The notes: generated by a model from the sequence alone, not told the origin. 64,000 nt of DNA from Auanema rhodensis (GCA_964057225.1 OZ059899.1:13826001-13890000); one strand, 5' to 3'; shown: positions 1 to 21,905, counted from the stretch's first letter. Numbers and translations are program-made.

Positions 1-1069
1 TCTGCAGCAGCACTGTGAGGCATTCTTGAGTATTCACATAATTGCCTATAATTAAAAGGAGATTTTCCTTCGCAAAGCATTTCATAAACAACACATCCGG
101 CGGAAAACATATCCATAGTATGAGTAAGTGTTCCTGAAATAATATTTTTCCCCAAATAAAACTCAACCATAAAAAGACTAACCGAACATCCACTTATCAC
201 CGAGTTCACGAGCTTTCTTATCGAACTCAGTAGATATTAAAAATCTTTCGGGAGCTAAGTTACAAACTTCTTTTCCACTCGTATCAAAAAAGAACGTGAA
301 ATGAGAAGGATTATCCTATAAATGGTGTATATTTCAAAACAGAATGCTTATTTAACAACTCACATTTGGCAAAAACGTTGGTTTGAAGGAAGCAAAATCA
401 GTAAGTTGGACCCAATTGATAGATGACATCACGATATTTTGGGTTTTAATATCTCCATGAAAAACATCTGCTGCTTGACATTGAGCCAAGGCTTTAAATA
501 TTTGAAAAATATACCTTTAAAAAATTTAAAATGTGTTTAAAATATGAAATCTAACCATAATCTTTCTTCATTGTTTATAAATGGTCGAGTGCTTAATCTA
601 TCGCTCAATGTATATTTCTGATAAGGTCGTTCTAGTACAACAGCTTTAGGCTTTTGCTAGAATCGAACATACATTACAATTTGACTTGTAAATCAACATA
701 CGTAAATTTTTCGGAAAGGAGAACAATTGGGAGATTTAGCTAAAGAATTTCGTATTCGTATGACTTCTTCAACGAATGAACTGATATTTTCATTAATGGT
801 TTTGCCATCCTAAAGTAAAACTTTTATTCAAATAAATATTTATCTCATTTCGAACCTGTATCAAATAAACCTTATAAACATTAATCAATCCAGAGGATCT
901 ACCTCTGGCAACTTTCATAAATCGAGTACTCCCCAAACTAAATATTCAATAATACAGCATTGGTTTATCACTCTTCTGTATACCTTTCTGAACTGATCCC
1001 TAGATCTGATAAATAATGTTCTACTGGTAATATTTCCGCCGGATTAGCAGCTGAAACAGCATTTCCCAT
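1..1069 (-). CDS. vps-15: VPS15/PIK3R4 kinase-like subunit of the class III PI3K complex, 5' part (continues beyond window start)
   Basis: Spliced translation starts [19 protein letters not shown] (myristoylation-type MG start typical of VPS15), then [60 protein letters not shown]. Confidence 0.93.
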
Positions 1070-1901
1070 GTTTTATACAATAGTCTGTAATATATTAGTA
1101 TTAATGTACTACATAAATCTTTTTTATTTAAAGTATGAATACTATAATAATTAAATAATGCAGCTAATTTTATTCGATTAAATGGAATTATTCACTATAA
1201 ATCATATCTTTCTAATCATATATTCAAATCTACTGATCAAAAAGCGTAAAGCTAAAGCGTAGAAATATGAGAGAAAAGAGACAGAAAAAGGATTATCATT
1301 GGAGCGCAGGTTCTAAAAAGCTATCTCAACTAAGATCACCACCATTTCACATCTTTTTAATATGAAATAGTTGTTGAAAATAGCATTTAAAACTATTATA
1401 TTTTGAAAGAAGTTTAAAACTGCGAAATCTTTGTAACATACGGTTTAACCATTGATTTGTTCATTTATTAAATCACAAATAAAATATTATAATATTGTTT
1501 TTTCCAGTTTCGTCATATATCGTTTGATTGATATGATGTTTATCATATGATGAAAGGATAAAATAATCAGTTATTGAGAGAAGAAACGAACTTACGCTTT
1601 ACAGTGTAAATACTTCAATGCAACCGCTCGCGATTTGAAAATGAATGAAATGAAGAAGTTCCGTGAACACGTGAACGCTTTGCTACTACTAGGCGTCGCT
1701 AGTGTGTATGACATAATCTATTTTGTTTAATATACTTCGATCATTTCAAATTCCAATATAAATTTTAAAGACTATTTTTTTACAATTAAGGTACGTAAGT
1801 TTGAAACAAATATGTTGTGAAAACTTTATCTCAAATCAACAATAATATCTACATACTTGTCTGGTCATCATTATTTTGGCTTGTAGTTAAAATAAACCAA
1901 T

Positions 1902-4162
1902 TCACGGTGCAGCTTGAGGAGATGTTAAATTAGCTGGTCGGTATTGTAAATCTATTGGCTTTCGGTCATCATACAAAGTAGGAGCTTGTAATAATATAAC
2001 AACTGTTCCAATAAAGCAAGCAAGAGAGAAAATCAGTAGGAATAGACGATCTAGAACCATTGCCACATACTTCCAATCCTCATCGATCTGTAACAAAAAC
2101 ATAAGATATCGCAGAAATAATTGAAAAACCTTATCATCACGGTCTTTCTTTTTCAGCAGCTCCGCAATAAAACATATATTTTCGAACGCTTTCACTACCT
2201 GAAGTATATTAGGTTAAAAACTAAAATAAAATACAACATATTAACCTGTGGTGAGTAATATAATTTTTGTATTCTATCATCTATAGCAGCACTAGTTAAA
2301 TTTTTCCCAATATCACGACTGACCCTATGTTCATGATAATTTAATGGTATTTTTCCATCTAAAGTTGTTGGTCCTGAATGTTTCAAATTTAGAAGCTCTT
2401 TTAAGAAAAAAATTAAAGTTAACTAACCTACACCAGTTCTTCGAGAACTGACACGTCGGAACGATTCTTCGGAATCATCTAATGGCCTTCTCATGAACAG
2501 AATTTTTGGAAGCCATTTCAGAAATACTAGCTTGACCCATTTAGGCATTAAATGCGTTGTAGGTGTACGGAAATGCAAATTTAATGCTGTAAACGTTGAC
2601 ATATGTATATTTGAATAAAACGAAATTGCCGCATACCGATAACGGTAACTACAACACTAAGTGTTACCATGACCATTGTGAACAGTAAATATTTTCCAAT
2701 TAATGGTAGAGTGATTGATGTGGCCGGTATAATTTCAGTCTAAGCAATGTGAAAATTGAATGGAAACAAACAAAAATATTCTTTACCAGGAGCAAGAAGA
2801 AGATAGTCAAAGCTACAAGAATAGAAATACAAAGAGTAACTTTTTCTCCTGAATCCGAAGGCAAATAGAATACAAGAATAGTAAGGAAAGATATTCCAAC
2901 ACATGGAAATACCAAATTTACGGTGTAGAAAAGAGGCTTCCTTCTAAGCTCCAAGTAGTACTAAAATATTTGAAAATCGAGAAAAATATTGACTATTAAT
3001 GACATACCATGATATCAATATAAGCACTTTGTGGGCAACAGCTGGGATAATTCTTTGATCGACGTCGAGCTACACGAGACATGATGTCCCATTCCACAGA
3101 AGGATAATAATCGGAAAGATCTGAATAATTCAGATATCGTTTAAACTTCATATTCTAAATCCCACCAATTCCATCATCAGCGATAGTTATATTATCAACA
3201 ATTCCATTGGCATCAGCTTCCTCAACATATCGAACATTATTTTCAAGCAGTTCCAAATTTAATAAATTTTCCGAATATGACCACGAACCGAACTATAATA
3301 TTTGTAAAATTAGGCAAAATATGAAAAAATAGGAAAAAACCTTCAGATGACACTGCTGTTCGTCGAACGGAAACCTTTAAAAATGAAAAAATTATTTGAG
3401 GAATAGAAGACAGAACATTTTAATTCCCAAGAGTATAATGGATGTCGAGATGGACATGTTCGTTGATAAACGTCAAGACAAAATCATTAGAATAGTATTC
3501 AATTGAAATAATTTTCTTTCTTTCTTTTTGTTTAGAAGTCTATTGAAGCTTACTAACCATCTAACATCTATCTGACACATGCTTTTGAAGATAGCTGGAG
3601 GTTCCCATGTTACTTGACCCGAGTAGTGAAGTGTTGCTTTGGTGGATATGGTAATATTATAGTTACTATCAGCACTGAAATAAATTATTAAAAAAAAAAC
3701 AGTTTTAGGCATAATTTCTACTTATTATACAACACAATATCAGGAACCCAAATCATTTCATAAGGCACATATAGAACACTGACACCACCATAATTCTTTG
3801 GATCCCATGAAAGTTTTTTGTCCATCCATACTTGCTTTAACCAAACTGAACATGTCATAATTTGGTCAATTTCATGCTGGAAAATGAATAATTAAGCTTA
3901 ATTTGAATATAATTAACATACCACATCAATGATCTGACTAAGCCTGAGCTTCAGCTTTATGGTCACGGGCTCATGAGGACTATTGGCTGGCCTGACATTC
4001 AGCATTAGTATTAATTATAAAACTATATATATATACAAACCTTCTATGCCTGTTATAATTAACCATGAGATCATCATACAATCTTTTAGCATCCTCATTA
4101 GCAAATATCAAAATAGGTAAAAACAGGCTAATGAGGATGAGAAAAAAATCTCTTGGAGCCAT
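1902..4162 (-). CDS. unc-38: Nicotinic acetylcholine receptor alpha subunit (levamisole-sensitive type), multi-exon
   Basis: Signal peptide then [21 protein letters not shown]; Cys-loop [15 protein letters not shown]; loop [14 protein letters not shown] (YxxCC characteristic of UNC-38); TM1 [35 protein letters not shown]; TM4 [15 protein letters not shown]. Confidence 0.93.
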
Positions 4163-4869
4163 TAAAATATGTATGTTGTAACAGATTTCATCTGGCAATA
4201 AGATAGTTGTATATTTGTAAGAAAAAAACAATCAATGATAAAGTTTACAAAGAAATCTGGGCATTTTGAAACGGAATTCGCGTGAGTCCTAGTCACAAAT
4301 TTTGAGAAATCGAATGGATTGCTTAAGCCAGCATGCTAGTACTAGTAGAAAAGAAAGAATAGAGAACAATGGATTATAGAAGCTGCCGCCGAGAACTATG
4401 CTCCCAATAACCCCATCGCCTTGGCTGGGTAAAGGCGAAACTCTAGGAATTGAATGCAAATATTGAATCCTTTATAATATTCAAAGATATTAATACTGGA
4501 AATACATGTAAAAAAGAAAAATTAGTTAATATTTTTGCAGTTGTTTGGTATTGAGCAGTTTTAACTTTTTCACATCTTTATGAAAACCTGAAAAAGAAAA
4601 CCTTAAAGAGAGAGAAGCAAAAAAAAGTAAAGCTGGTTATAGAATTTGCGTATGAAAGAAGAGAATGTCAGTGTGACTAGTCGGAAAGAATCGTTAAATT
4701 GAATAAATGTGTCAGCTTCTGCAGCCTATCATCCCATAATTAGATATTGGACAAAGTAACACATGCTATAAAAGCAAGGGTGGTAAGTAAACTGAGGTAA
4801 AAACCACAATATCATGTGGAGTAGGGAAAAAACAGATCAGACTGCTTGGTGGGGACCAAAAGAAACCAC

Positions 4870-4930
4870 CGCCTAGCGGGAGCCACCCCAACAGTTGTAA
4901 CAGAATCAATAGGAGGATGTGCAGCTGACG
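4870..4930. promoter_or_regulatory. Candidate muscle enhancer upstream of unc-38
   Basis: GC-rich island ~700 bp upstream of the ATG with GCGGGAGCC (4876-4884; resembles the C. elegans muscle motif CCCGCGGGAGCCCG) and E-boxes CAGTTG (~4892) and CAGCTG (4922-4927). Confidence 0.35.
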
Positions 4931-5076
4931 CTTCCCCTAAATAACATATGCATATTTTAGCGAACAAACAATCACTTTCACGATTTTTTGAGATCTTTAT
5001 ATGGTGTCAATATGACAAGAATTAAAGTTTATACATTTAATAATAGTATATACATTTTAATTATAAAATATTTGCA

Positions 5077-6945
<1,869 letters not shown>

Positions 6946-7210
6946 TATTCACTATCATATATTTATAATATTTTTCAAACGGCACAGTAACAATAATTAT
7001 AACATAGTTTCTAAATTATAATAAATGTGAAGCTGAAAATTATAAAGTAGTCCTAACACGAATGGACCGCCCTTTAAGACAATTTAATAATTTTTGAGAT
7101 AGAATTTGAGAACATCAGTAGTTTTCTTGAAAAGTACGCCAATAAGCTTAAAAATATAATTTTATTCATGTTTCCTATTTAATATATAGTCTTTGAAGGT
7201 AATAAAAAGG

Positions 7211-14196
<6,986 letters not shown>

Positions 14197-14319
14197 ACAT
14201 TTATTGTTACTTTTTGTTGTTTTATCATAAAATTTTCATATTATTTGTTATGATTGTTACGATTCAAAATACGTCTTGAAGTATCAAAGTTGGTATAACT
14301 GAACACAGCAATAAACATA

Positions 14320-14919
14320 CAGTCCTGTGCGAAATAGTTGGGACACCCCTATGTTAGACCCCAGAAAACCCCTTCAAACTACAAAAAAAAATTTTGCGAG
14401 TTTGTATAGTTTATATTCAGTCAAAATATATGTTAATATATTGAAAACTGATTTTATTATTATTTCTAAATTTATAAGGAAAAATAGTGTTTTTTGACTA
14501 TTTTGAATAATCCCTTTGGTATAATTAAGTTCTTTTCTGCAGCATAGCTTCAAACAAGTAAGCTTCAGCATCTGAATCTTAACAAATATCTATGAAGAGA
14601 ACTTGGTTAACGTACAACCAAATTATCCCATTCAAATGAAAAATAGACGTTTAGTGTACTCCTAACATTCTATCAAAAGATTATTTCTGAAGTCTTGATG
14701 AAACTCATGAAATTTATGAAAGAAGACTTCAAGCAGTTTATGAAAATTTCGGGGACTTCAGAAATTACTTTTAAACATGATTTTTAAAATTTTTAAGATT
14801 TTTTGTGAATTCATTATCGTTTTTTAACACTCAAAATATATTTTTCTTCAATTTTTGTAGTTTATGTTAAAAGATATGAAGAATTCAAGTGAGTGTCCCA
14901 ACTATTTCGCACAGGGCTG
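14320..14919. mobile_element. Non-autonomous Tc1/mariner-type element (MITE), 600 bp
   Basis: 27-bp terminal inverted repeats CAGTCCTGTGCGAAATAGTTGGGACAC / GTGTCCCAACTATTTCGCACAGGGCTG (1 mismatch), TA on both flanks, CAGT terminus as in Tc1; AT-rich interior without a transposase ORF. Confidence 0.9.
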
Positions 14920-15209
14920 TAACTAAAATAAAATTACCGAGAAAACCATATGTATTTAATAAATAAGAAACAAAAAAATGAGGTGAATCTGTCAAAAGGC
15001 AACTATTTATAACAAGTTTTAGCGAATTATATATACGCAACACAAGGATTACGTATTGTGAGCGAAGTCTTAGAAAACGAACGTTTTTAAAATTTCCCAT
15101 TTAAAAAAGTCTTTATTTCGGTTAAATTATTTTTAATATAACATGTTTTATATTATTAAAATAATTTATATACTATAGGATAAGTGCTAGTTATGAGAAG
15201 TATAGTCTG

Positions 15210-18091
15210 ATGTTGAAATATATTTTAATTTTGTTGTTTGCGGGTATGTAATATATAATTTTTGTCAAATTTTCATTCATTTCTTTTGAAGGAGCGGTGA
15301 ATGCTGTTGGCCTACCCGATGATATTTATTATAAAGTGGATGTTCATAGTGGCTCTGCTTGTTACCGTTTATTAAACGGAACGCACCAATTTGGATGTCA
15401 TAGTTAGTTCCGTTCACTTTCCGTACAATGACTTGTTATTTGCAGCTACGAAGCAAGATGGTTCTGGCGTAGTTGTAGTCATAAGAGATTTGGTTGAAGC
15501 TGAAAATATCAAAACTTGCTGGAGGTAATGATTTTGTTTTAATTTCCTTAATACTTTAATATTAAAGGAATCGATTTCCGGAATATAGCGGATCCTTCTT
15601 TATTCTCATTGATTTATCGCTGTTTGACAAGTATTACATTCTTCTTAACGCTTTTAACATTAAATTCGTTTAAGAACTGTTATAAAAGATTTACAATCAG
15701 CTACATGTGTCAACGGTATCATCTTGACCAATAAAGAAACACTTTCTTTGCAATCTACTGTTGTTGGCTCACATGATAGTCAATGTCCGAATGAGCAGAC
15801 TAGTAAGTTATATTTTAGATGTGAATATAATTCACATTTTTTTAGGCTTTTATAAAGATGGATGTGAAAAAAATTCCTGGAATAAAAAAGGTGCAATTAT
15901 TCCTCATGGCTTGAGGTATATGGATTGGAATAAACAGATTTTATACTTATCAAATGATACTCATATCAAATCTATTGAGCAGGTCGGTTTTAGATATTCA
16001 TTTAGTTTGAATTGTTTTATTATATAGTGTTATGATTTGTTTAACAAGCCTAACGGAAGTGATACTGTTACATATCCATTGTGTTCTGCTTCGTTTTCTA
16101 TCAGAAGTATGGCTGCTGGTTCAACCGAAATATGTTATAGACGTAGTATGCCAAATTCTCGTATTTTGGATTTAAATATTGATGATAGGTTAGTTTATAA
16201 TGTGTTTCTGTGTAATGGTGTATTTTCAACTTAGATCTGGAATCTGTCATAGCTTAAGTGGAAGAAGTGTTGTTGCTTTATTACCCCCAAATAAGAAAAA
16301 GGAAGGACCTAAACAGAAATCTAGTCAGTACATGATGCTATCTGGAAGGGTAATTTATTACCAATTTATTTTTGTAAAGTTAGTTTTTATAGTTGGACAG
16401 CTTTGGGTTTATACCAGAAGTATCATTTGGAGACATATCAGTTGTTACTTCATTGATCTCGATGTTAGCTGTTGCTAAGGGTATTGGAGATAACTATGAT
16501 AGTTTTGAGTCCGCAAGTGCCGCTTCTGATAAATATCTCTTGTACACTCTGTTCAACGGGGTTAGCTTATATATTTCCTTTTGTTTAACTTCTTATTCGA
16601 CATTTAAGGAAGCTTTTGATTATATTGGAAGTAGTCATATGCTATTTGACATCCAAAATAATCGTTTCCCTCATGATGAGGATGAAAATGCTTTGTTTGA
16701 ACAGGTGAGGATGATATTAATAAAAACTGACAGAATACTTTTTCAACTAGGTTTCTCCTGAGGACATCGTTGCCGTAATTGAGCCACAGCACATTGGTTC
16801 GGGTAGTGAACTGAAGATTATTGTTGATGATAAACAGATGAAGTTTGAAGAAGTATAATATATTTTTCTTCCTTTATATCTTTGACCATACTTGTTTAGG
16901 TGCATAATATCATTAGCTCCATACAAAAAGGAGGTTTATCACGAAGTGTGCATATTCAAAAACCCAAGAGTGGTTTACGAATGCCTCCATCCACCTGGCA
17001 TTCGTTGATGAAAGTAAATCCGAAAGCTGTTGGTGTTGTCTTGGCTCCATTCACTGAAGAATACGAATACAGGTGATATATATTTTTTCTTTTATTTCAA
17101 AAACGGATAACTTATTATAGACGAGTCAACAGTATGCTGGACAGAAACTCTTGGTCAGCCGAGGACAGAGCTGATACCATCCAGCAAATTGCAACTGCTG
17201 CAGCAGCTATTTTGCGAGTAGCTGCAGACTATGTTAGCATCAGTGAATCAGTAAAAGCTTCGTTAGTCATCGACGATAAATTTGTATGTTGAATTTTATG
17301 AGTTTTGTTTGTAATATTGCTTTTAGGTTTCTACACTCTTTGACTGTTTTATATCATCTAATGAAACCTATGAATGCGAATTCATTGAGAAATTGAGAGG
17401 AGTAAAGACACGAAGTATGTTCCACGAAGATTTTTCGTTATTCAATGGCTCTTTTGGCTAATTTCAGAAATAACCGATGTTAAAAGCTCTTATATTGGAG
17501 TTGGCGATGCTAATATGTTGCAAGTTTTTGCTCATTCATTAGCAATATATGCTTCTGGTACAACAGCTCATACCCATAATATCAAAGATGCAAAACAGTG
17601 TACAGACCTTGGTCGTGTTCAAAAGGTAGTTTTGGAAAAAACTGCAGTTATGGATCATACATTATTTTTTGCTTAGGCTTATAATTTTCATTGGTTGACT
17701 GATCCGATTACATCCACTAGTCATTGTTATCGTCATAGCGTTTATCTTGATGAAGCCATATCTCCAGCCTTCTTGATAGAAGGTATGTCACTCTTATAAT
17801 TTCTTTTAATATAGTAAATTCAGGCTATGATTTCAAAAATTCGACATATTCAACATGGACTGAATCAGTATATGAACTAGATGATTTGAAACTATTTTTA
17901 GTTGAAAGAAAGTAAGTTAAAATTAAATAATCTTTATTAAATTATTTCTTTTAAGATCGTTTGAAATTTGTTTATTCTTAACGGGATGCGTTATCTCATT
18001 GTTGGCAGTCTTAATTGCTGGAAGATGCTCGGAAGATACATTCATAATCGACGAAGGTGATATCAGAGCTGAACAAGGAGAACCACTTTAA
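15210..18091 (+). CDS. aph-2: Nicastrin, gamma-secretase subunit
   Basis: Signal peptide MLKYILILLFAG; CYRLLNGTHQFGC; hallmark FNGEAFDYIGSS; MPPSTWHS; AISPAFLIEGYDFKNSTYSTWTES; C-terminal TM and short tail ending EQGEPL*. Confidence 0.95.
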
Positions 18092-18346
18092 TTAATTTAA
18101 TTTAACTTATCATATTTACATCTCTTGCTAGGAGAGAAATCTCTTTAAAACCTTTATGCTGTCATAATTTTCTAATTTACCATTGTTTCCTTGATCTCAA
18201 TTCTTTTTATTTTCCGAAATGAATCCTTCTCTAAAGTTATTTTTGTTCTTGAGTTTAATGTTTATAGCTCATATCTACCTGACTTATAATGATTATATAT
18301 CTCCAAAATAGCATAATAACTTTTCTTCTTTTTTGAATTAGACTTC

Positions 18347-18759
18347 ATGTCTGAGCCAGGAAAGGCTCTGAAAACTGATAGGGAACGTTGCTATATAGTA
18401 GGTTTTACTATTATTTCAAAAATATTTTCTTCAATATTAGGCGAGAGACGCTTTCTTTGCTTGTAGTGACAGATATTTAGAACAAGGGTTATCTGAAGAA
18501 CAGGTATTCGAGGTAATAGTGCTTTTATTGACCTTTTTAGGCCTTGAAAAAGTGCAAAACTGAGAAAAAGTTGTTTGATACTGATTGCCCCACTTCTTGG
18601 GTTGGGCACTTTGTTAGAAAACACAACTTTGAAAGGTAGAACATGGTATCTCACTCATTTTTATCAAATGGCAATCTTAGGTACAAGAAAAAGTTGGCTG
18701 AAGAAGGGTTGAACGTAGCAGAGAAAGATGATGAATCTACTTCCACTCAGAAGCAATAG
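18347..18759 (+). CDS. COA6: COA6/COX6B-family cytochrome c oxidase assembly factor, 95 aa, 4 exons (absent from ORF track)
   Basis: Exons 18347-18397, 18441-18503, 18541-18635, 18681-18759 give MSEPGKALKTDRERCYIARDAFFACSDRYLEQGLSEEQALKKCKTEKKLFDTDCPTSWVGHFVRKHNFERYKKKLAEEG...; CX9C and CX10C followed by CPxSWVxxF. Confidence 0.88.
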
Positions 18760-20862
18760 AGTATCTAGATTATATTAGGATTGATTTGAATGATTTTTGT
18801 AGATTCTTTATAAATTTGGTCTTTTTCGATCGTTAGCTAGCAAAGTTGGCAATCAACCTGCCAAATTTAAGAAAGTACCAGTGCCAACGATAGCCAAGGT
18901 TATTGGTAGAATTAGATAGTTTCTATTTATGTTTACCGTTTTTTTAGAATAAAAAGTTATTAAAGACTGAATGTTTGTCATACAATGGTTCAAAAGATTC
19001 ATTTCCACGGATAGATTTCAAATTAATTTCTGAGAATTATGTGAGAAGCCCCTAATTTTATTATTTTCCTATTCAATTTTATAGAAAGAACCTGAGCGAG
19101 ACATGAGTCATACTTATCCTTTCCGTAAGTTACAAATACAAAGGTTTGCAGATTGATATATAGGTTTATTTTTTCCTTTTTAGAAGATGCCACTTATTCC
19201 CAGAAATTAGAGATTATATAAAAAATAATTTGTCAACCCCTATGAACTCTCAAATTTTGTTAGAAGTTTTAACATCCTTATTAGAAGCTAAAATTTATGG
19301 CAAATCCGAAGACGAAGATGTGATATTAGCTCAGAAGATATTTGAAGCACAAACAATCCCAATGCCTCCCGTTATTCAGCATAGTTTTGGTACAGGTTTT
19401 AAAAGATTATGATTATAAGTAGATTGCTTTCAGAAGCTCTTCATCTGCTTATAACAGATCCTTATAACGATAAAGCATTATCTACTTTATTCAAAGAAAA
19501 TATGATTCATATGGGTAAAATGGAAAGATTGTATGCTTGGAGTTCTTTAATGTGCGGCCAAATAGAACGATTCAAGTCAGTTCACAAAAGTTTTCGCTTT
19601 TTAAAAGTTCAGTGTTGTTGCAGAACCATAGTTTCTGAAAGTAAAGTTGATGTCACAGATCCTATTGTTTTGTACTTACTATGGAAACACATTGAGGGAA
19701 ACAAGGTATAGATACTTGCCATCATGTTATGCTTAATGTAACGTTAAGGCTGATCCTAATGACATTGCTTGCTTCCTGCTTGACCATTTACAAAAGAAAA
19801 AGTTGATGGTAGATATCGATTCTTTCGAAAAATACTTCGCACCTTTCTTAAGGTAATTTTAATTTTTTTTTGTTTTTTTCACCCATCAACATATTCAGAG
19901 AAATAGGAGAATTAACAAAGCCTGAACTAAGTGATGGTACTGTGGTTGATGAATATATACTGAAGACAAAAAATCTCAACGCAAATGATGTACAAATTCT
20001 AGAGAAGGATGTATTGGGTTGGCTTACGAACTTAGCTAAATCAGGAGGTGAATTGCTCTCATATTTAGTTATGACTTAAAGCCATCCGTCTATATTTATA
20101 GGAAGTTTGGGCAAAAGTGAATTATCTAATTTCCTACAGCAAGTCAAAATTTGGAAAATAAATGGCCTCAAAAACAAAACAAAGAAATCAGCTATTGTTG
20201 TAGATGCTCTTAATACTACTTGCGGTAGACGGGAAAAGCTGAATTCTTTTATAAATTCGTATGATAAGCTATATTATTATTGGAACTTCAATTTCTCTCT
20301 TTTCCAGGCTTACCAAAAAATATTTCAATGTATTTGTGGTCATAAGGAAACCATTGTCAGAATCGTTTTTCAAACAACGATTTCCAGGAAATGTTAGATT
20401 TTTCTCGTGTAACATCAAGTAAGAATGGGCTATTTTTAATTAATTTTCACATGTTTTAGTTCTGAGGATGATCTTTTTACAATTTATGCCGGTTTAGCAT
20501 GGGGTCCCACAGCCAAGCTTTTGAGCAATGATCTTTTCAGAGGTCACATAGCACGGCTGGAGTAATATATTCGAAAAACATCAAATATAATTTTTCTTTG
20601 TTTAGACATACAGGAAGTCTTTCTCTTAGTGAATGGCTAAACTCTTCTTCTTTGCGATTTGAAAAAGATGATAATAACTTCAACATAATGGTATTGCATA
20701 GTATTTAATATTCATAGTAATATGAGCAGTTTTTAGGATTTATCGAAACTTCAAAGATCTGTTAAGAAGTTAGATAATGGTGTTTATCTTATCCCAACTG
20801 AAGATAAAACACTAGTTCCTATAAAGTATCATTTGTTTAAACTGATAAAATCTCCAACATAA
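18728..20862 (+). CDS. PRORP: Protein-only mitochondrial RNase P catalytic subunit (PRORP/MRPP3-like)
   Basis: NYN nuclease motifs AIVVDALN, SEDDLFTIYAGL, LLSNDLFRGHIARL; N-terminus MMNLLPLRSNR|ILYKFGLFRSLASKVG is basic, acid-free and presequence-like; exon chain 18728-18760, 18803-18898, 18948-19040, 19085-19143, 19184- stays in frame. Confidence 0.82.
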
Positions 20863-21905
20863 TAGGTTTACTTATACTTCTTTCAAGTCTAATAGTTTGT
20901 TGTTATTTGTTATTGTTATAGACACCATCTGTTTTAATTCCCTTTTGTATTATTAAAGAATTTATAAGTCTTGTCTATCCTATTGTCAAAATAGAAAACA
21001 TATTTCAAGCTTAACGATTTTTATACAGCGTATATCGATAGTGATATGGCCATTATTCCTTCTGCTGGAACTTTAAATAATTAAATAGCTTTTAAAACAT
21101 AAAGTTTTGTGAATGGAGATTCAGAGTATGTACTCAATCGATTCGATCCCGCTCGATACCGTCACGAAATCATGCGCTATGTCAATTTCCTCGAAAATTC
21201 AAATCTTAGAAGGTCGTTAAGGTCTTAAATACCATTGCTCTACGATCAGAAATCATGAACTTATACTTTAGACTATGCAGCGGATCAAAACTCTAATGAT
21301 CTCTCTTACAAATTGTAGTTATCCTCCTTTTATAATTTTCGCACACCAATTCCTGCAACTTAATTTCCATTATCGATTAATTAGGATAAAATCAATGTTT
21401 AAACGTAATTGCTGCAATGCTTTTGCTTTATGAAGGTTTATAAAGGTTTGCAATTGTATTAAAACCTTATATAATTCATAAACAACTTTCCTCGGTGAGG
21501 TTATGCTCAACATCTGCTTTTATTGATTTCTGCGCCATTACCGCCAGGGTGGGGGAGTCGTTGTGGAGTCATTGAGATGGTTTAAATCCGAATATTAAAT
21601 AAAATCTTCAAAGGAAATACTTAATATATCTTGTATTGATAACTGAAAACGAAATCGATACTGAAATGTAAATTGAGTTATCTAATATACGGAGCCTTTT
21701 AAAAATGGATGCCCCGCCTTTGTGCCTAGGTCATATGCTGGACAAATACGTAGGGGCTAGCTGCACGAATATGCCCCTACCCATCGTGATTCTTTAATTG
21801 TTTTTTCCATTTTTTCGAAAGCACATTGTTATTTTTTGTGCTAACTATAACCAGTGTATCTTAAACTATCTTTTATATCTATTTTCAGAATAATAGCATT
21901 CATAA

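Noticed and set aside
3377-3558. Long unc-38 Cys-loop intron as a hidden alternative exon
   Set aside because: No convincing acceptor/donor pair keeping frame.
4415-4440. Hairpin TCGCCTT..AAGGCGA as tRNA/ncRNA
   Set aside because: Single 7-bp stem, no cloverleaf or A/B boxes.
15193-15212. uORF MRSIV* overlapping the aph-2 ATG (TGATG)
   Set aside because: Unknown whether it lies inside the mature mRNA; such short ORFs are common by chance.
18971-19033. ATG at 18971 as PRORP start
   Set aside because: That frame stops after 20 codons; the coding frame is different and extends upstream.
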